This document shows, one piece after another, positions 13,001 to 26,100 of a stretch of DNA of 64,000 nt. The translations under genes were made by a program, and so were the position numbers. The first letter of the stretch is position 1. Every line of letters starts with the position of its first letter. The DNA lies in contig JANJGN010000021.1 in assembly GCA_026770705.1 (NCBI GenBank), positions 100,936,001 through 101,000,000 on the forward strand, written 5' to 3'. This DNA is from Isurus oxyrinchus (taxonomy: Eukaryota). The notes beneath the pieces are model-generated. The model searched no databases, was not told the origin of the DNA, and worked only from the letters and a program-made list of their open reading frames with translations.

Positions 13001-16000
13001 AAAACCTGAATTGTTAGTCTTTATGAAGCTCTGAAAGTGCATCAGGCATGCGTTAAATATCAATCAATTTTAGTAAAACTTTACTTGATTTTGCAACACC
13101 TGGTAAAAATACAAAGCCGGGGAATTGCATTTACGACTTCCTCCCGAGTGGTCAGGTTGATTATGGAGCATCGCGCTGTGAAGTTCAATGCAGATTCAAT
13201 TTCTGGACACCAGATAATTCTTACAGGATATAGTCTCACAAACTTTCCCTTGAATTTGGAAGGGGGTTCTTGACACCACGCGGAAAGAACCGGAGAAACC
13301 ACAGGAAAACAAAGTGCCCGGAGATTGATCCAACTGATGCTGGTTTACAGGCAGCAGTTTTCAGTAAAAGAAATACTGGACGCTTTGGACGAAATATCAC
13401 CTTATGCCTTCCCATGGGAAACCTCTGCAGTGAAACCAATGTCTTGTGAACCGGCATTCTCCTTTCGCGTTTAAAATCATTTAACGTTGCGGGGTGGGGT
13501 GGGGGAGGGGATAGCGAGGGTATGGGCTGCTGGCTAACTCGTGTCTAGCAAGAGTTCGGGCGCTCAGACGTGCCACAGATCCAGGCATTGTCTGAGCTGT
13601 TCTACTTGGCTAGGGCCCAAGTGCAACAAAGGCCTCAGGGTGTGCCATCTCCCGCGTGACTGTTCACACCACAAAATCTAAATCTGCACCCGGCGGTGCA
13701 CTTAATGATCATGAAAAACACAAAGTGTAAAGGGGCTGTGCACTTTGAAAAGAACAGCCGCAAAAAATCCCTTTTCTTGGAAGAAGAGTGCGACTGCTTC
13801 GCCACCGCATTATAAATACCGATCTACGTGCGTCCCAAATAGTAAATACAACATATACATCCTCAACTTACCTCTTCTGGTGGAAGCAGACTGCGCCGAC
13901 AATTCCAGTAATGCCCAGGAAAGTTACCACCACTGCACGTACGTGCCACAATGTCTTGAGGCCACTGCTCGTTTCTTCGTTGTCCGTTATCTCATGCTGT
14001 TCTCGGGAACCTGTGGAGTTAGAAGATTTCTTAAACTCTCTTCATAGCTGGCCCAAGGTAAAGTGGAACGAGAGGCGGCTTATACACCTCCTAGATGGGC
14101 TAAATGTAACTCTTCGCCGCCGTGGTGGTAATCTGACGAAGCAGATGTCTCAACCTTTAACTAAGTCCTTTAACTAAGTAATTCAATTAATTAGATGCCG
14201 GATATTGCTGTAAAACGAGAAATGCTCTGGGAGTCTGGCACTAATCAAGGCAGAATCGCAAGAATAGCAAATTGTTGTTCCCTTTGAGATTTGGTATTCT
14301 TGTTTATCTGTTCTGATGAGTGCAAGACAGAAAGCTTCCACACGTCCCCCTTTTTACAGCAACATTCTATTAACTACCAAGGCGTCAGGCGGGCAAATCA
14401 ATCCGATTTTATCAGCACCACTGGACACTTGTTCTCAATGATGATCAAATCGGAAGACTTGTTCCTTGGCGCCTTGCTTATTGTCCCATTTGTTGAACCA
14501 TGCTATCCTCACCACGGTCTCTCTTAAACTCAACCCATGCCTCAGAAATAGCCAGAGGCACGCGCGCTAGTAATTATTCCAATTAACAACGGACAAATTA
14601 AAGGAGGAACCGAGAGGCTTCATGTCAATCACCTACCCTGGAAAATTTCTATCCTTAGGCTTGTAGGTGTTGATATCTACGCATTTATCTCGGTTATTGT
14701 GTACTCCTTCGAGCACTGAGTTTTCAGTTGTGTGTCGGACTTTGAGGGGGTGTTAGGAGGTTCAGCTTTACGGGGTCGGGGGGGGGGCGGTTTGCGGCTA
14801 CCTGGAGAGACTGGGGCATCTGGGATTTTTGCACTTACAGCAGAAAGGGTCGTGAGTAGAATTACCAGAGGTGTTCAAAATGACTGAAAGGTTGATAAGA
14901 CAGAAACTGGTGCTAATGGCAGGAGGCTCAGTGACCATAGGACACAGGTTTCAGGTAATTAAAAAAATAATAAAGCCAGGGAGGAGATAAATAAATTTTT
15001 ATGTGTGATTTTGAATGCCTTGCCTGAAAGGGCGGTGGAACCAGATTACATAGAAAGTTTCAAAAGGGAATTGGACCAACATTTCAAAAGGGAAGACTTT
15101 CAGAGCTATAGAGGAGTGGAACGAATTAGCATTACTTTCGGAGAGCCGCCGCAGGCCCGGTTATAGATTCATAGAATGGTTAGAGCTCAGAAGGAGGCCA
15201 TTCGGCTTGTTGCGCCTGTGCTGATTCTCTGCATGTATGATTTAGCCAGTCTCAGACCACGCCATTTCCCCATAGCCCTGAAATATAGTTCCTTCGGATA
15301 ATTATCCAATTCCCTTCTGTTAGGCACAATTAAACCTGCCCCCACCACATGCTCAGGCAGTGTATTTCAGATCCTAACCACTCGATGCGCATAAATGGCA
15401 TGCCCCGCCCCTCTCGCCCCCCATCGTTTTGTTCCTTTGCAAATCACCTTAAATCAGTGACCTCTTGTTCTCATGCTTCCGAAAATGGGAAGCTTCTCTC
15501 ACTCGACGTTGTCTAGACCCCTTGCAGTTTTTCAGGCCTCTACCAAAACTCTCAACCTTCCCTTCTCTAAGGAGAACAACGCAGGCATCTGCAATCTATC
15601 CGCAACTGAAAACTGTCGTCACTGTCACCATTCTTGTGATTTCTGCACCTGCCTAAATCCCTCATACCCTTCCTAAAGTGTGGTGCCCAGAACAACTGAA
15701 GGCTCTTCATAACTTCCTTGCTATTATGCTGGTTCCCTTCTGAAACAGGAATCCCTTATGCCTTTGGGAAGCATGCTCTCAGCTGCCTTGCCGCAGTCAA
15801 CGATTTTTGCACATATACCCGCAGGTTTCCCTGTCCCTCCCCCCTTTTAAACTGGTACTTTTGGTTTATATTGCCTCATTCTCTGCTGTATGACTCTCTT
15901 ATCTGTGATATTTAAGTCAAAACTCGTCTTGGGCTGTGTTGCCAAACGGGTCAAATGGATCACTCCACGGCCTATTTCTGCATTTCAATCCCCTAACTGC

Positions 16001-18148
16001 AAAATAAAGCGCAGGACCAGATGATACTTTAAGCGAGGAGAACGCTGTTCGCGACTAGTCGATCAAAACTTATTGATCGGTTGATCATCTGATGGATCGC
16101 TGACACTGTCAAGTGCGAGGAGGGTGGGGGCAGGGGCTTTAAAATGCTGGTCATTGTTCAGGGTGCCTGCAGCTTCCGAGGCTGGACATCCCACCCTCCG
16201 GCGCTATTTTGGGCGGGGTGACGGCCTGTGAGCCGCTAATTCGCGGCAATTAGCGTATAATCTGATGCGGTACGACGGCGTGCCCGGGAACTGGAATGCC
16301 GCAGACTTCCCGGTGCGGAACCCGCCGTCGGTGAGCGACCGGATTATTCAGTTCCAGGTTCGGGATTGTGCACTAAGGTCCCAGACTGGAATGACACCAA
16401 TAACACAGAGAAGGATGGCCGGTTAAAACCACCGATCGCATCTTTTAGGCTATAAATATTAAATAATAAACTTGCCACGGATCACGGTCACTGTGGTCCC
16501 TGCTCCATATGCTACACCGATTCCCATCATTTCCACTTTGCAAAAATAGAACCCGGTGTCCTCCGGTTGCAGATCGATTATTCGAATGGACGCGTTTCTC
16601 CTCTCACTGAAATCCTCTTTAGTTGCCCCGAACACCCTACCTCTGAACTCCGCTGTACTGTTGGAAACTTCATTCCCCTGCTTGGTGCCTCTGTGCCACC
16701 TGTAGCCACCGACTCCAGCGGGACCCTTATATGTACAGCTAAGGTCCGCCGCTTGTCCCCTGGCTTTGGTGAGGGATTGCGGGCTCTGGATTACCGTGAT
16801 ACTTCCAACAGTAACCGCTGGAGGTGGATGAAATAAACAAGTTACAAGGTAGGGTGAGATGCTCTTTCCATGAAAAATATTGTACACTGTATCAGGCAGG
16901 GACGCTCGCGTCTTTTAAAGAAGTTTTGACCCTTTAAATTAATTCTTTTTAAATGTTGTTCTGGTTGAGTGAATAATACCTTCCGCTAATCCGGCAAATG
17001 GCAATTTTCGGGATAAATTATTCGTATTAGCAAGTTAATATATTGTAAAAAAAAACATGGATTTCAACGTGGTAGCATTGACCGCATGTAGTCTGTGTTG
17101 TCAGTTGTTGCACAGTTTTCAGGCAAAAAATCTAATTTAATTAAGGGCGGTAAAGAACCTGTGGCGGGAAAATGCCTCTCAGCTCATCAAATACCAAACC
17201 TCTGTTATATGAACTACCATCATAACCTTTTAATTGTACATAGAGCACCCCCATATGAACCTCTATTGTTAGCTGTAAGAATCACTGTAAGTTTCTATTA
17301 TTTTGAACAAATACACGATTCTTGCTTTTAGTTTAATATTTTCTGTCTTTATAATTTTCTAGTGATCCGTCTTGTTGTACTTCATGGCTTCGGTGTAGTA
17401 GACAGGGAGAACTTTATAGCATTTCATATGAAGTTCCGTCTTACACAGCCCCACTCCCGCCTTCCTTCTTTCGGGACCAAACCGTTTAATTTTTGCTTGG
17501 AAAGGGCTTCGCTGATCCTCTTTGCACTTTCCCAGTCCAATAGTGAGAAGAGTGGAACCGAGGTTTCTAAATAGAATTGATTCGTGTAGTTAGAAGCTTA
17601 GTACAGTCATATGGCGCTGTCGTGCGTTTAAATCCTAACATTCTGTAAGCGTTTTTTAAAAATGCCCTCTTATATGTTTTATATGTCGGCTATTATCTTA
17701 TTAGCACGTCAGAGTTAAGAACTAAGAGAAGTGGGAAGAAATTGCCTTTAGAAATTATTAGTATATTATTTTTTTAAAAAAGCGTGGTTGTTTGTTTTTT
17801 GGACCATTGACTTAGGAACACCTCGCTGTTAGTTAAACAATATGGATAAGTAGTCATGACGCTTGCATGGATTTGAAATCCGCATGTTTCTTCATAATAT
17901 GAATCATTTCAAAATGTAGAAAGCTGCCCCTCTTAAAGCCTAACGCCCGTTTATGTATCCAGATATCCATCATCAACATCCAAGGGTACTTGGATTCGAC
18001 AAATGAAGCGATATAGCAATGCAGTAGAAAAATAGATTGCTACGTTTCTGGGTTCTATATCGCCCAGTTGGAATTTTAAAATAAATAGTTCCTTACCAGT
18101 GAGCATTGTCGTAATCCAGGTTGTCTCAATAACGTGGCTGAAGTTCAT
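9977..18148 (-). CDS. NCR3: NKp30/NCR3-like receptor A, activating type (leader, V, stalk-TM with Arg, short tail); about 185 aa
   Basis: Predicted exons 18097-18148 (MNFSHVIETTWITTMLT, donor G|gtaagg), 16479/16476-16817 (V domain), 13872-14010 (stalk+TM) and 9977-10004 (tail RKKMMIMTQ*). Phases join 1-1-2. The V domain has EVSNSTAEFRGRV and CKVEMMGIGVAYGAGT, matching the NKp30 motifs EVRNGTPEFRGRL and CRVEVLGLGVGTGNGT from memory. The last exon is the least certain. Confidence 0.8.
11645..11900. mobile_element. Inverted pair of Penelope-type terminal fragments containing a minimal hammerhead
   Basis: 11655-11758 is the reverse complement of about 11788-11897; related copies at about 14270-14362 and 41860-42140. 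Confidence 0.7.
11843..11878 (+). ncRNA. Minimal type I hammerhead ribozyme motif
   Basis: ATGTC-CTGAGGA-AT-gcaag-AT-GAAA-AGCT-TC-GACGT: helix I (5 bp), CUGANGA, helix II (2 bp), GAAA, palindromic helix III, UC cleavage site. Confidence 0.6.
13872..14010 (-). CDS. NCR3: NCR3-like A exon 3 (stalk + transmembrane with Arg)
   Basis: Acceptor ctaactccacag|GT, donor AG|gtaagt; open frame SREQHEITDNEETSSGLKTLWHVRAVVVTFLGITGIVGAVCFHQKR. Not in the ORF track. Confidence 0.85.
14770..15880. mobile_element. Two tail-to-tail degenerate CR1 3' fragments (about 14770-15150 +, 15165-15880 -)
   Basis: Similarity to CR1 3' ends (aggaggccattcggc, ctctaaggagaacaac). Confidence 0.7.
16476..16817 (-). CDS. NCR3: NCR3-like A exon 2 (VJ-type IgSF V domain)
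   Basis: Acceptor ttgtttatttcatccacctccag|CG; canonical C...W...DxGxYxC; YGAGT diglycine G strand; donor at 16479 (GT) or 16476 (GC). Confidence 0.93.
18097..18148 (-). CDS. NCR3: NCR3-like A exon 1 (leader)
   Basis: ATG at 18148, 17 codons + 1 nt, donor gtaagg; phase 1 matches the V-exon acceptor; intron about 1.3 kb, similar to gene B. Only moderately hydrophobic. Confidence 0.65.
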
Positions 18149-18149
18149 G

Positions 18150-18245
18150 ACGTCGGCACAGTTCTGGGCATGAAGTCAGTTGAGGAACGGAACTGCAGGA
18201 TTAGAGAAAAAGTAATAATCGAATGTCAACAACGGAAATGTGCGT
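18150..18245 (-). promoter_or_regulatory. Candidate proximal promoter of NCR3-like A with clustered ETS-type GGAA cores
   Basis: gaggaacggaact at about 18182-18194 and cggaaatg at about 18233, just upstream of the ATG. Similar cggaag/ccggaa cores lie upstream of gene B (about 35840 and 35918). These are short motifs only. Confidence 0.3.
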
Positions 18246-20055
18246 GATGCGTAACAAGTATAATTACGCAACATCCTGACAACTGAAAATGTCTATGTTA
18301 ACTTCTCCCGACATTTACAGGTGCTGAATACATAATCAATGGTTTCGGTTGAATTTCAGTTGCAATTCACTTTCCTGCAGCATACCAGGGTAGATGAAAT
18401 TGAATGCTTAGAGAACTTGCAAGAGTTGTTTCAAACCCTTCTGAAGAGAAATGCATTGAGAGTCACGTCTCATTTAAAGGTGCTAAACCAGATGTATGCC
18501 CGACCTGTTAATAAACACGCTGTGCATTCCGAGAGGACGCGCATCAGGCCAGGTGCATGGGCAGCGATGAAGTTTTAAAATAGACTGCACAGTTCTTAGG
18601 GAGTCACGAATTGTTGACTGTCATTGTTTTGCTACTGCTGCGGGTAGAAAAATCACACTTAATTTCACAACCCTGCTAAACTGCAAATTAATTCAGGGGA
18701 GACGTAGTAATAAACTGGGTACGTAGTAGTAAAGTCACGGCACTAGTAATCCACATGATTGGGGAAAAAAAACTCACAAAAATTCAGCAACTTTGCACGA
18801 TTGCAAACGACAGACAGGGCGATGGTGGTCTGTTTATCACAATATGAAGTGCTTCCCTCTGAGCAGAAAAAGATTACCACATCTGATTAATACAAATTCT
18901 CGCAGCTCTGTTAATTGCACAGTGAGCTTAGTGAGTTTGTGAACTATATTGTGCATAATGATTATCTTAATAGAACCTTGAGTCATCTTGGCAACGGACA
19001 TCTATTCCAATCAATTTGTTCGTTGAATGCACAGCCACGTGCTAACAGTTTTACATCCAACAAATTCTTTAACAATGTCAACTTTAACGAAATAACGCAA
19101 AATTAAACTGCTCAGTTGAATTTCCTTTGCACGCTTGCAACGGCCACGCAGAGAAATTCGACAGAGAAGAGTGAAACATGGCGATGGCATGTTTTTAAAA
19201 AATGAGCGGGATCAATAAGACCGGCTCCATTTCTGAGGCCAGGATTTGACTGTATTCAATGCTGACGGTACGGAGATGTTCCATTTTTAAATGGGTCAGT
19301 TAGGTTTGGGTACCATACTGTGCACTTTTCTGTAACGTGGTTATCGGAAGGAATGGGAGGAATTGTTACGTCATCGACTTACAATATTGTGATTAAATCA
19401 AACGAGTTGAATAGTTTCCAGGATAGAATAAACTTCGTTGACAACTGAAATTAGCTGTGATCTGAATACTTCTTCATCCACATACAAATCCCCGGGCGGG
19501 GGTGATGGGGAGGGGCTGGGGTAGGAGGGGGCTGGTGGTGGAGGGAGGCTTGCTGGGGGGGGTGTAGGACGGTAAAAATTCTCCGATGCCCCTCCCATCA
19601 GGCTCCCGCCTGCCCGGACCTCTCCGCATTTCTACGCTTGGATGGGCGATGCATAGGACGGCCCTCCCGCTCTTGCCTCAGCTGGATCCTTAAGTACTCA
19701 ATTATTAACCACTTAAGGGCCATTTCCCGCCCAGCCTCAATTTTCAGGCTGGCGGGAGGAGTTCAGGGCCAGGTGGAGGCCCGAAAATGGGACTGAATAA
19801 TGCGGGGTGGTAAGGGGACGTGGGGAAGGGGGATGTGGGCGGCATGGGGCGCCCAAACCATGTCGACGTGGAGCATACACGCTCCAGGCCCACCCACCCC
19901 ACAGCCATACAGCACCGTGGGGCTGCTAACGAGGGCCGAGCGGAACGTCCCAACCCTTTGGGGGCGGAGGTCCTGCCCCCTGCAGTCTCCAAGGTCTTGG
20001 ATCCCTGGAGCAGTTAAGTCCAGGGTCTTGAGCAGGAAGGGTTTGAATAGGTTTG

Positions 20056-20529
20056 TGAAGGTGGAAATGAAAGGCTTAAAAACCAAATACAATGGACCAG
20101 GAGGTAGCTCTTGATAAACCACAAGTCATAAACTGGACCAGATAAGAGCCAAGGCCCATGTGTACGTGCCTTGATTCTGATTGGGTAATACAACCATGAA
20201 CATTTGCCTGAATATGATTGGATAGTATAATCATGTATACATACTTTGGATTGACTGGATAAACATGGTCACATGTATCCGAACTCAGTAGCGGAGAGAG
20301 AGTAGAGCATCAGTGTGTCAGGCACTGATTTGAAATATTCAAACGTACTCAACTGTATTGTGATAAGAAAATAGTACAAAAGTAGTGGAATGTAATTGAT
20401 CGGGGAGATGGGTCGCCATTTTACGGAATGGTTGCGGCTCCCTTGCATATGCTTGAATAACACCGGTTGAAAGAAGCTTGAGTCTCTTGTGGTCGCTGCG
20501 CGATTGGAGGGTGTTTGAAATCCCTTTCA
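20056..20529. mobile_element. Solo LTR (474 bp) with 5-bp TSD
   Basis: Begins TGAAGG and ends CTTTCA; flanked by GTTTG at 20051-20055 and 20530-20534; AT-richer than the GC-rich host sequence it interrupts. Confidence 0.7.
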
Positions 20530-21249
20530 GTTTGGAAGAGAGGGGGTCGGGGTTTGTTGGGGGTGGGGGGGCTGGTGGTGGGAGTGCAGGAGGCGGGGAG
20601 AGGGTGGGTTTTTAAAAGAGGTAGCGGGTAGGAAGGATGGGGGGGTCAACATATGAGTGGGGGTGGGTGGTGGGGGTGGTGCACCCTCGGTCAGCAAAGG
20701 ACGATCCCCTCTCACTTCTCGGCCTTTAACAACCTGACGTGAAAATCTGGCTTCCCTCTCCCCCTCTGCTGCCCACGTCAAACGTTTTAATCCGGGCTCA
20801 GGGGTGGGCAGCAAGACGGCAGGATGGGCACCAGCCACTCCATCGTGGCAAACACGCACGTAATTTCAGCCCATGAACTGTGTTTAGGGTGTTCAGGCCT
20901 CGGCCGAGAAGCGGGGCGGGTGGGGGGTGTTGCCTGCGTCAGTAGCATCCTTTTAGCATCGGGTGCACGCCACCCCACACCCGAAGGTCCGCACCAGCAG
21001 GGCCTCCATCCCTACCCAGCGCCCTCTCTCTACCAACGCCCTCACCCTCCTCTCTGCCCACTTCGCTGCCACGCCACCACCGCCCCCCCCACTCCTCCCC
21101 CCCACCCCTACACCCCCCACTGCCCCCCCCCCCCCCACCCCCACCCTTCCCGTTTCAATGTTCGAAATCCAACTCTGACCCGAACGCTACAGATTTTCAA
21201 TCTGCCACAGATAATGCTGGACATGGTAAAACTTCAATTGCCTCAAACG

Positions 21250-21430
21250 TGGCCTGATGCCTCCGAGCCAGGGAAGGTTGAGGGTTCAAATTCCACTCTA
21301 GTAACATGAGCACATAATTCAGGCTTCCGTTTCAGCCCAGTACGCTGAGAGTGCTGCACTGTTGAATGGTCGATCTTTCAAACGGGACTATATCAGGCGG
21401 AGGTAAAATAATCCGTGCTTCTATTTGGGT
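21250..21430 (+). mobile_element. Deu-domain tRNA-derived SINE fragment (SacSINE1/AmnSINE1-like)
   Basis: ggttgagggttcaaattccac B-box-like segment followed by gagcacataattcaggct...cagtacgctgagagtgctgcactgt, recognised from memory. Confidence 0.6.
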
Positions 21431-21624
21431 AAGGACCGAGGATTGATGGCATTTGTGGGAATCCCAACGGAGACTATAAAAATTTGATTTTATAAAACAC
21501 ACTTTGAGAGCTTCAAACAGAGAAAGGCGGCTTCCTATGTAGATTAACGCATATGTTAATATCCTGGAAATCTTATGATCTTTATTGTGCCACTTTCTAC
21601 AGACGAAGCGACAAAGGTTTCCCA

Positions 21625-22500
21625 GTCAGGAAAGTGTGATCCTACCCCTACCAACCATTCAGTACATTCTGTCATTCAATGAACAAATGGCTGGTCTGTA
21701 TCTCAACTTAAGTTAACTGCCTTGGATTAATACCCGTTTATATCATTGATTAGGACAAATACATTGATCTTAACCTTAAAATTATTAATTGACGTGCATC
21801 CACTGCTTTTTGTGGAAGAGAGTTCCACACCTCTACCACACTTTGACGAGGTGCTTCCTAACTTATCTGAGGAATAGCCTGGCTCTGATTTTCTGATTAT
21901 ATCCCCTTGCCCTAGACTGTCCATCAGTGGTATAAGTTCCACTCCATATATCTCCGTATCGTGACTGCTTTGAAAAACCTAAGAACCTTAATCAAATCAC
22001 CCCTTAACATCATCTATTTCAGGGCACACAAGCTCAGTGTATGTAATCTCTCCACGTAGTTTAACACTTGGAGCCCTGGTAGCATTCTGGTGAACCTGCA
22101 ATACATTTATTTTTAAACAGGCCAATATATCCTTTCGATTGTGTAGAGCCCAGAACTGTGCAAAATACTCAGATGTGTCTAAACAGGGCCTTGCACAGAT
22201 ATAGCAAAATTATATCCCCTATATTTGAGTGCATACCCATTATCCTCATTCTCTATCTTAAGCTACCCACCAAAAATCATTTAACCAGGTCAATAGTTTG
22301 CTGTCAATTCCACAATGTTTAAATTCAACTAACTGACACATATTTGGTCCCTTATGGGGTACCTTCCTAAAACCTGTATAAACTACATCAGTATACATTT
22401 TCTCATCTACTTCTTCAGTTGCTTCCTCATAAAGCTCGATTATGTTTGTTCAGCATGACCTACACTTTACAAATCCATGTTGGCACTCAAACTTACATTT
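21625..22500 (-). mobile_element. Degenerate CR1 fragments
   Basis: ggaagagagttccacacctctaccac; catgacctacactttacaaatccatg (HGF.KG.SC in reverse). Confidence 0.7.
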
Positions 22501-23098
22501 CTCAGTCATTTCCTCAAATTTCTCAGATGTGACAGCAAACTGCTCAGTCATTCTACCCTTAAAGAGTCCAATAGCTCCCCCACAATAACGTTGCTTCATT
22601 TCCTACTGGAAGCATCCAAGAATCAATCCACTCTACCAGGCAGCCTTCACTGCTGTGAGAGGTTCGTGCTGCTTCTGACCAGTTGATGGTTCGAGGCCTT
22701 GCTTTTTTTCAGCGTCATGGCCTTCGTTAGAATGTCCAAGACATAAAATATGGCTCAAACCAATAATACCTTAGAATTAATAAGTTTCTTTCTGTGATAA
22801 TAAGAATTGGTGTGCAGTCTGTAATTAAGATGTTATTTTGAAAATTGTGCATCTTATATTTTATTAATTCTATCACTGAATCGTCATCGAAACTTTTAAC
22901 AACGTGGTATGTACACATTTTGTGCTTTAAAAATCGAGATGCACCTTGTCAGTGGCACCTTTGCAATCGTCCCGAAATAGATTTGATGGATGAGATAGCT
23001 GACTGGAGTCATGCGAAATAGCACAATTGTTGCACTTCACACTGGTGGCGCTGTTCACATTTCTGATTGCAATCCCTTTCGAATGCAGGTCCCACAAT

Positions 23099-23149
23099 TC
23101 ACGTCGTTTTCTTCTTCACTGTTGCATATGGCTCATTCGTCTTTTCCGT
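23099..23149 (-). CDS. NCR3: NCR3-like B last coding exon (TEKTNEPYATVKKKTT*)
   Basis: Acceptor ccttaacgtaaacag; phase 0; YATV motif; TGA at 23099-23101; AATAAA about 235 nt downstream. Confidence 0.68.
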   Translation of the reverse strand, partial: TEKTNEPYATVKKKTT

Positions 23150-26100
23150 CTGTTTACGTTAAGGTTATAAAACATATTATCACAGTCAACATAGAACGAA
23201 ATGAAGCAAAATATGTTAAAAATGCGAAGTTGGTGAAAATGAAGAAAGATCGTTGTAAAAATACTCTAACTAAATATTGATACGAATACACAGAAGCCTT
23301 AAAATTACATTGAAGGGCGGGTTAGCCTCTGCATTATGTTTGACGAAATTTAAATCCTATGTATAATGAATAATGCACGATTGTATTCCACATAAGTCTC
23401 CAGGCACTGCGTTGTCATTCAAAAACTTAGAGCGTTTCTATCTAGCTTTCGGCCTCAGGGAGGCACAGGATCTTTAGTTTAACTGGGCTGAAAAGACCCT
23501 TACTAACGGAAATTCAATCCAGTGTTTTTAAGTGTTGGATCTTCAATAACTCTAATAATTTCTTGGTTTGTAATTAGAAACATGGGTAATTTTTACACTT
23601 TGACTTGATTAAGTAAAAAGAAATCTAACAGCTATGTATTAATTCAGAAATCAGAGTCCATTCCAACCGCCGCTTGACCATTTTTGGTTACTCAATCATA
23701 ATGCAAATATAAAGGAGAAAAACTGAGGATGCAGGGAATCTAAAATAAAAAGAAAAGCATGATGGAAATACTCAGACGGGTCAGGCAGCACCTGTGGAGA
23801 GAAACATGGTCGAGGTGACATTTAAGGTCTGATTGTTTTATTACAGGGCAAATATTGTTGCGTTTGAGAAAGGCAACAGGCAGACAAGAAAAGTGGAGGA
23901 CGCGGGATCGATGGATTTGATGGATGAACGAAAAGCCGGCTGTTTTGTATGGATCCGTTTTTATACCCTCCGATTTATGTTCAAGTCCATTGATTTCAAT
24001 GGAAAGAATATCAGTCATATAGCACAACGGTCAACAAATGGGATGTTTTGTGTAGTGCAAATGTCCAATTCCATAACCAAACTGAATAAGGGCAGAAATG
24101 ATACAAGAAAAGGAGACTTATGACAAATGTAAGGTTTATAATACCGTGGAGTTCCAAGCTAAATATAGAAAGTACAGGGGAGATCTAAAGAGGGTAGAAA
24201 TAATATGAACAAAGAGAGATCATGAGAATGGATTAACGACTAATTTATGGATGACAAAAGTCTACTGTAAACATAAAAATTGTGCATGAATTGTGGCGAA
24301 TTAGTGCTCAAAAAGAGATATTCTTGTGGAGGCAGAAGGCATGGTTGAGGTACTAAATGAATACTTTGCATCTGTCTTCACCAGAAAAGAGGATGCTACT
24401 AATGTTAACAGTAAAATATGCGGAAGTGGTGCCCTTAGATAGATTAAAAATAAATAAAGAGGAGTTACTCAAAAGGTTGGCAGTCCTCAAACTATCTTCT
24501 TAGTCAGATGGGATGCATCGTAGCTTACTGGCGGGATTAAGGGTCGCAATTCCGGTGGCTTTGGCAACAATCCTCCATGGACAGAGGGGTGGTGACAGAG
24601 GTGTGCTTATTATATGCTCCTTCTTAAAAAAAAAGACTAAACCCACCAACTACCACCCAGTCCATTGTGGGGAACCAGCGGCAACTTAATTGGCATTTTA
24701 GAAACTTTTTTTCTTTTGCTCTTTCATGGGATATGGGCATCGCCTACCTTACTGATGCCTAACTGCCCTTTTTTAGCTGAGTGGCTTGGAAGGGCAGTTA
24801 AGAGTCAACCAAATTGCTGTGGGTGTGGAGTCACATGTAGGCCAGCCCAGGTAAGATTGGTAAATTTCTTCTGTAAAGGGGCATTAGTGAACCAGATGGA
24901 ATTTAACAGCAGTCGGTGATAGTTTCATGGTCACAATTACGAGACTAGCTTTACATTCCAGATTTATTAATTGAATTCAAATTCCACCAACTGCCATGGT
25001 GGGATTCGAGCCCGTGTCCCCAAAGCATTAGCCTGGGTCTCTGAACTACTAGTCCAGTGACATTATCATGATGCCGCCACCGTAGCTCCCAAATGTAGGG
25101 ACTAATGAATGATATTCAGCAGTGATTTGTTAAAGGGAAATGGTGCTTGGCTAATTGATTGAATTAGTTGATGAACTGACTGAATTGTTGAGGATTGTGT
25201 GGTTGATATTGTGTATATGGACTTTCAAATGGCGTTGGACAAAGCACCACACAATACATTTGTTAGCAAGATCAAAACCCGTGGCTTTAAAAGGACAGTG
25301 GCAGTGTGGATGCGAGATTGGCTTACGGTAAGATAGCAAAGAGTGGCGATGGAAGGTGGTTTCTTGGACAGGTGGGAAGGATAGAATCATAGAATTGTCA
25401 CACCACAGAAGGAGGCCATTCAGCCCGTTGCGTCCGTATGGATTTTTTTGGAGAAGTCACTCAACTAATCCCACTCTCACGTGCTTTCTCCACAGCCCTG
25501 CCAATCTCTCTTCAAGTGCGGATGCAATTCCCTTTTGAATGACATAGTTGTTCTGTCTACACCACATCCTCGGATTATTTATTCAAGAATCCAACTATTC
25601 GCTGCACAAAAACATGCTTCCTCATGTCGGCCTTGTTTCTTTTGTGAATCACCTTAAATCAGTATCCTCTGCTTCTCGATCCTTCCTCCAAAGGAAACAG
25701 TTCATATCTATTCTCTCCAGGCTCCTCATGATTTTGAATACATCTATCAAATCTCCACATAATCTTCTGTTCTCTAAAAAGAACAGCCCCAGATTCCCAA
25801 TCGATCTACGTAACTGAATTTTCACATACATGGATCCACTTTCATGAATCTTATCTGCAACCTTCACAATCCTTCCTAAATAGCGGCGCCCAGAACTGGA
25901 TGGAATACACCAGTTGAGGCCAAACCAGTGTCTATATAGATTTATCATCAATCCTTGCATATGTGCTTAATGTCCCTATTTATATCTGCCAGGATTCTGC
26001 ATGCTTTATGAAGCACTTTCAACCATAGTTTCATGGTCACCATTACTGAGCTAACTTTCAGTTCCAGGTTCATTTTTAAGGGAATTTTTAACATTTAATT

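Noticed and set aside
16489-16495. Perfect RSS heptamer CACAGTG (minus strand) in the gene A V exon
   Set aside because: It lies within the codons for TTV; there is no nonamer at 12 or 23 nt spacing, and it is absent from gene B.
16459-16887. V ORFs (also 34205-34642) as TCR/Ig gene segments or as single-exon genes
   Set aside because: No RSS or C domain; NKp30 signature motifs are present; the ORF ends are intronic read-through past clear splice sites.
19398-21309. Pro/Gly-rich ORFs
   Set aside because: They arise from G/C homopolymer runs in a GC-rich repeat interrupted by an LTR.
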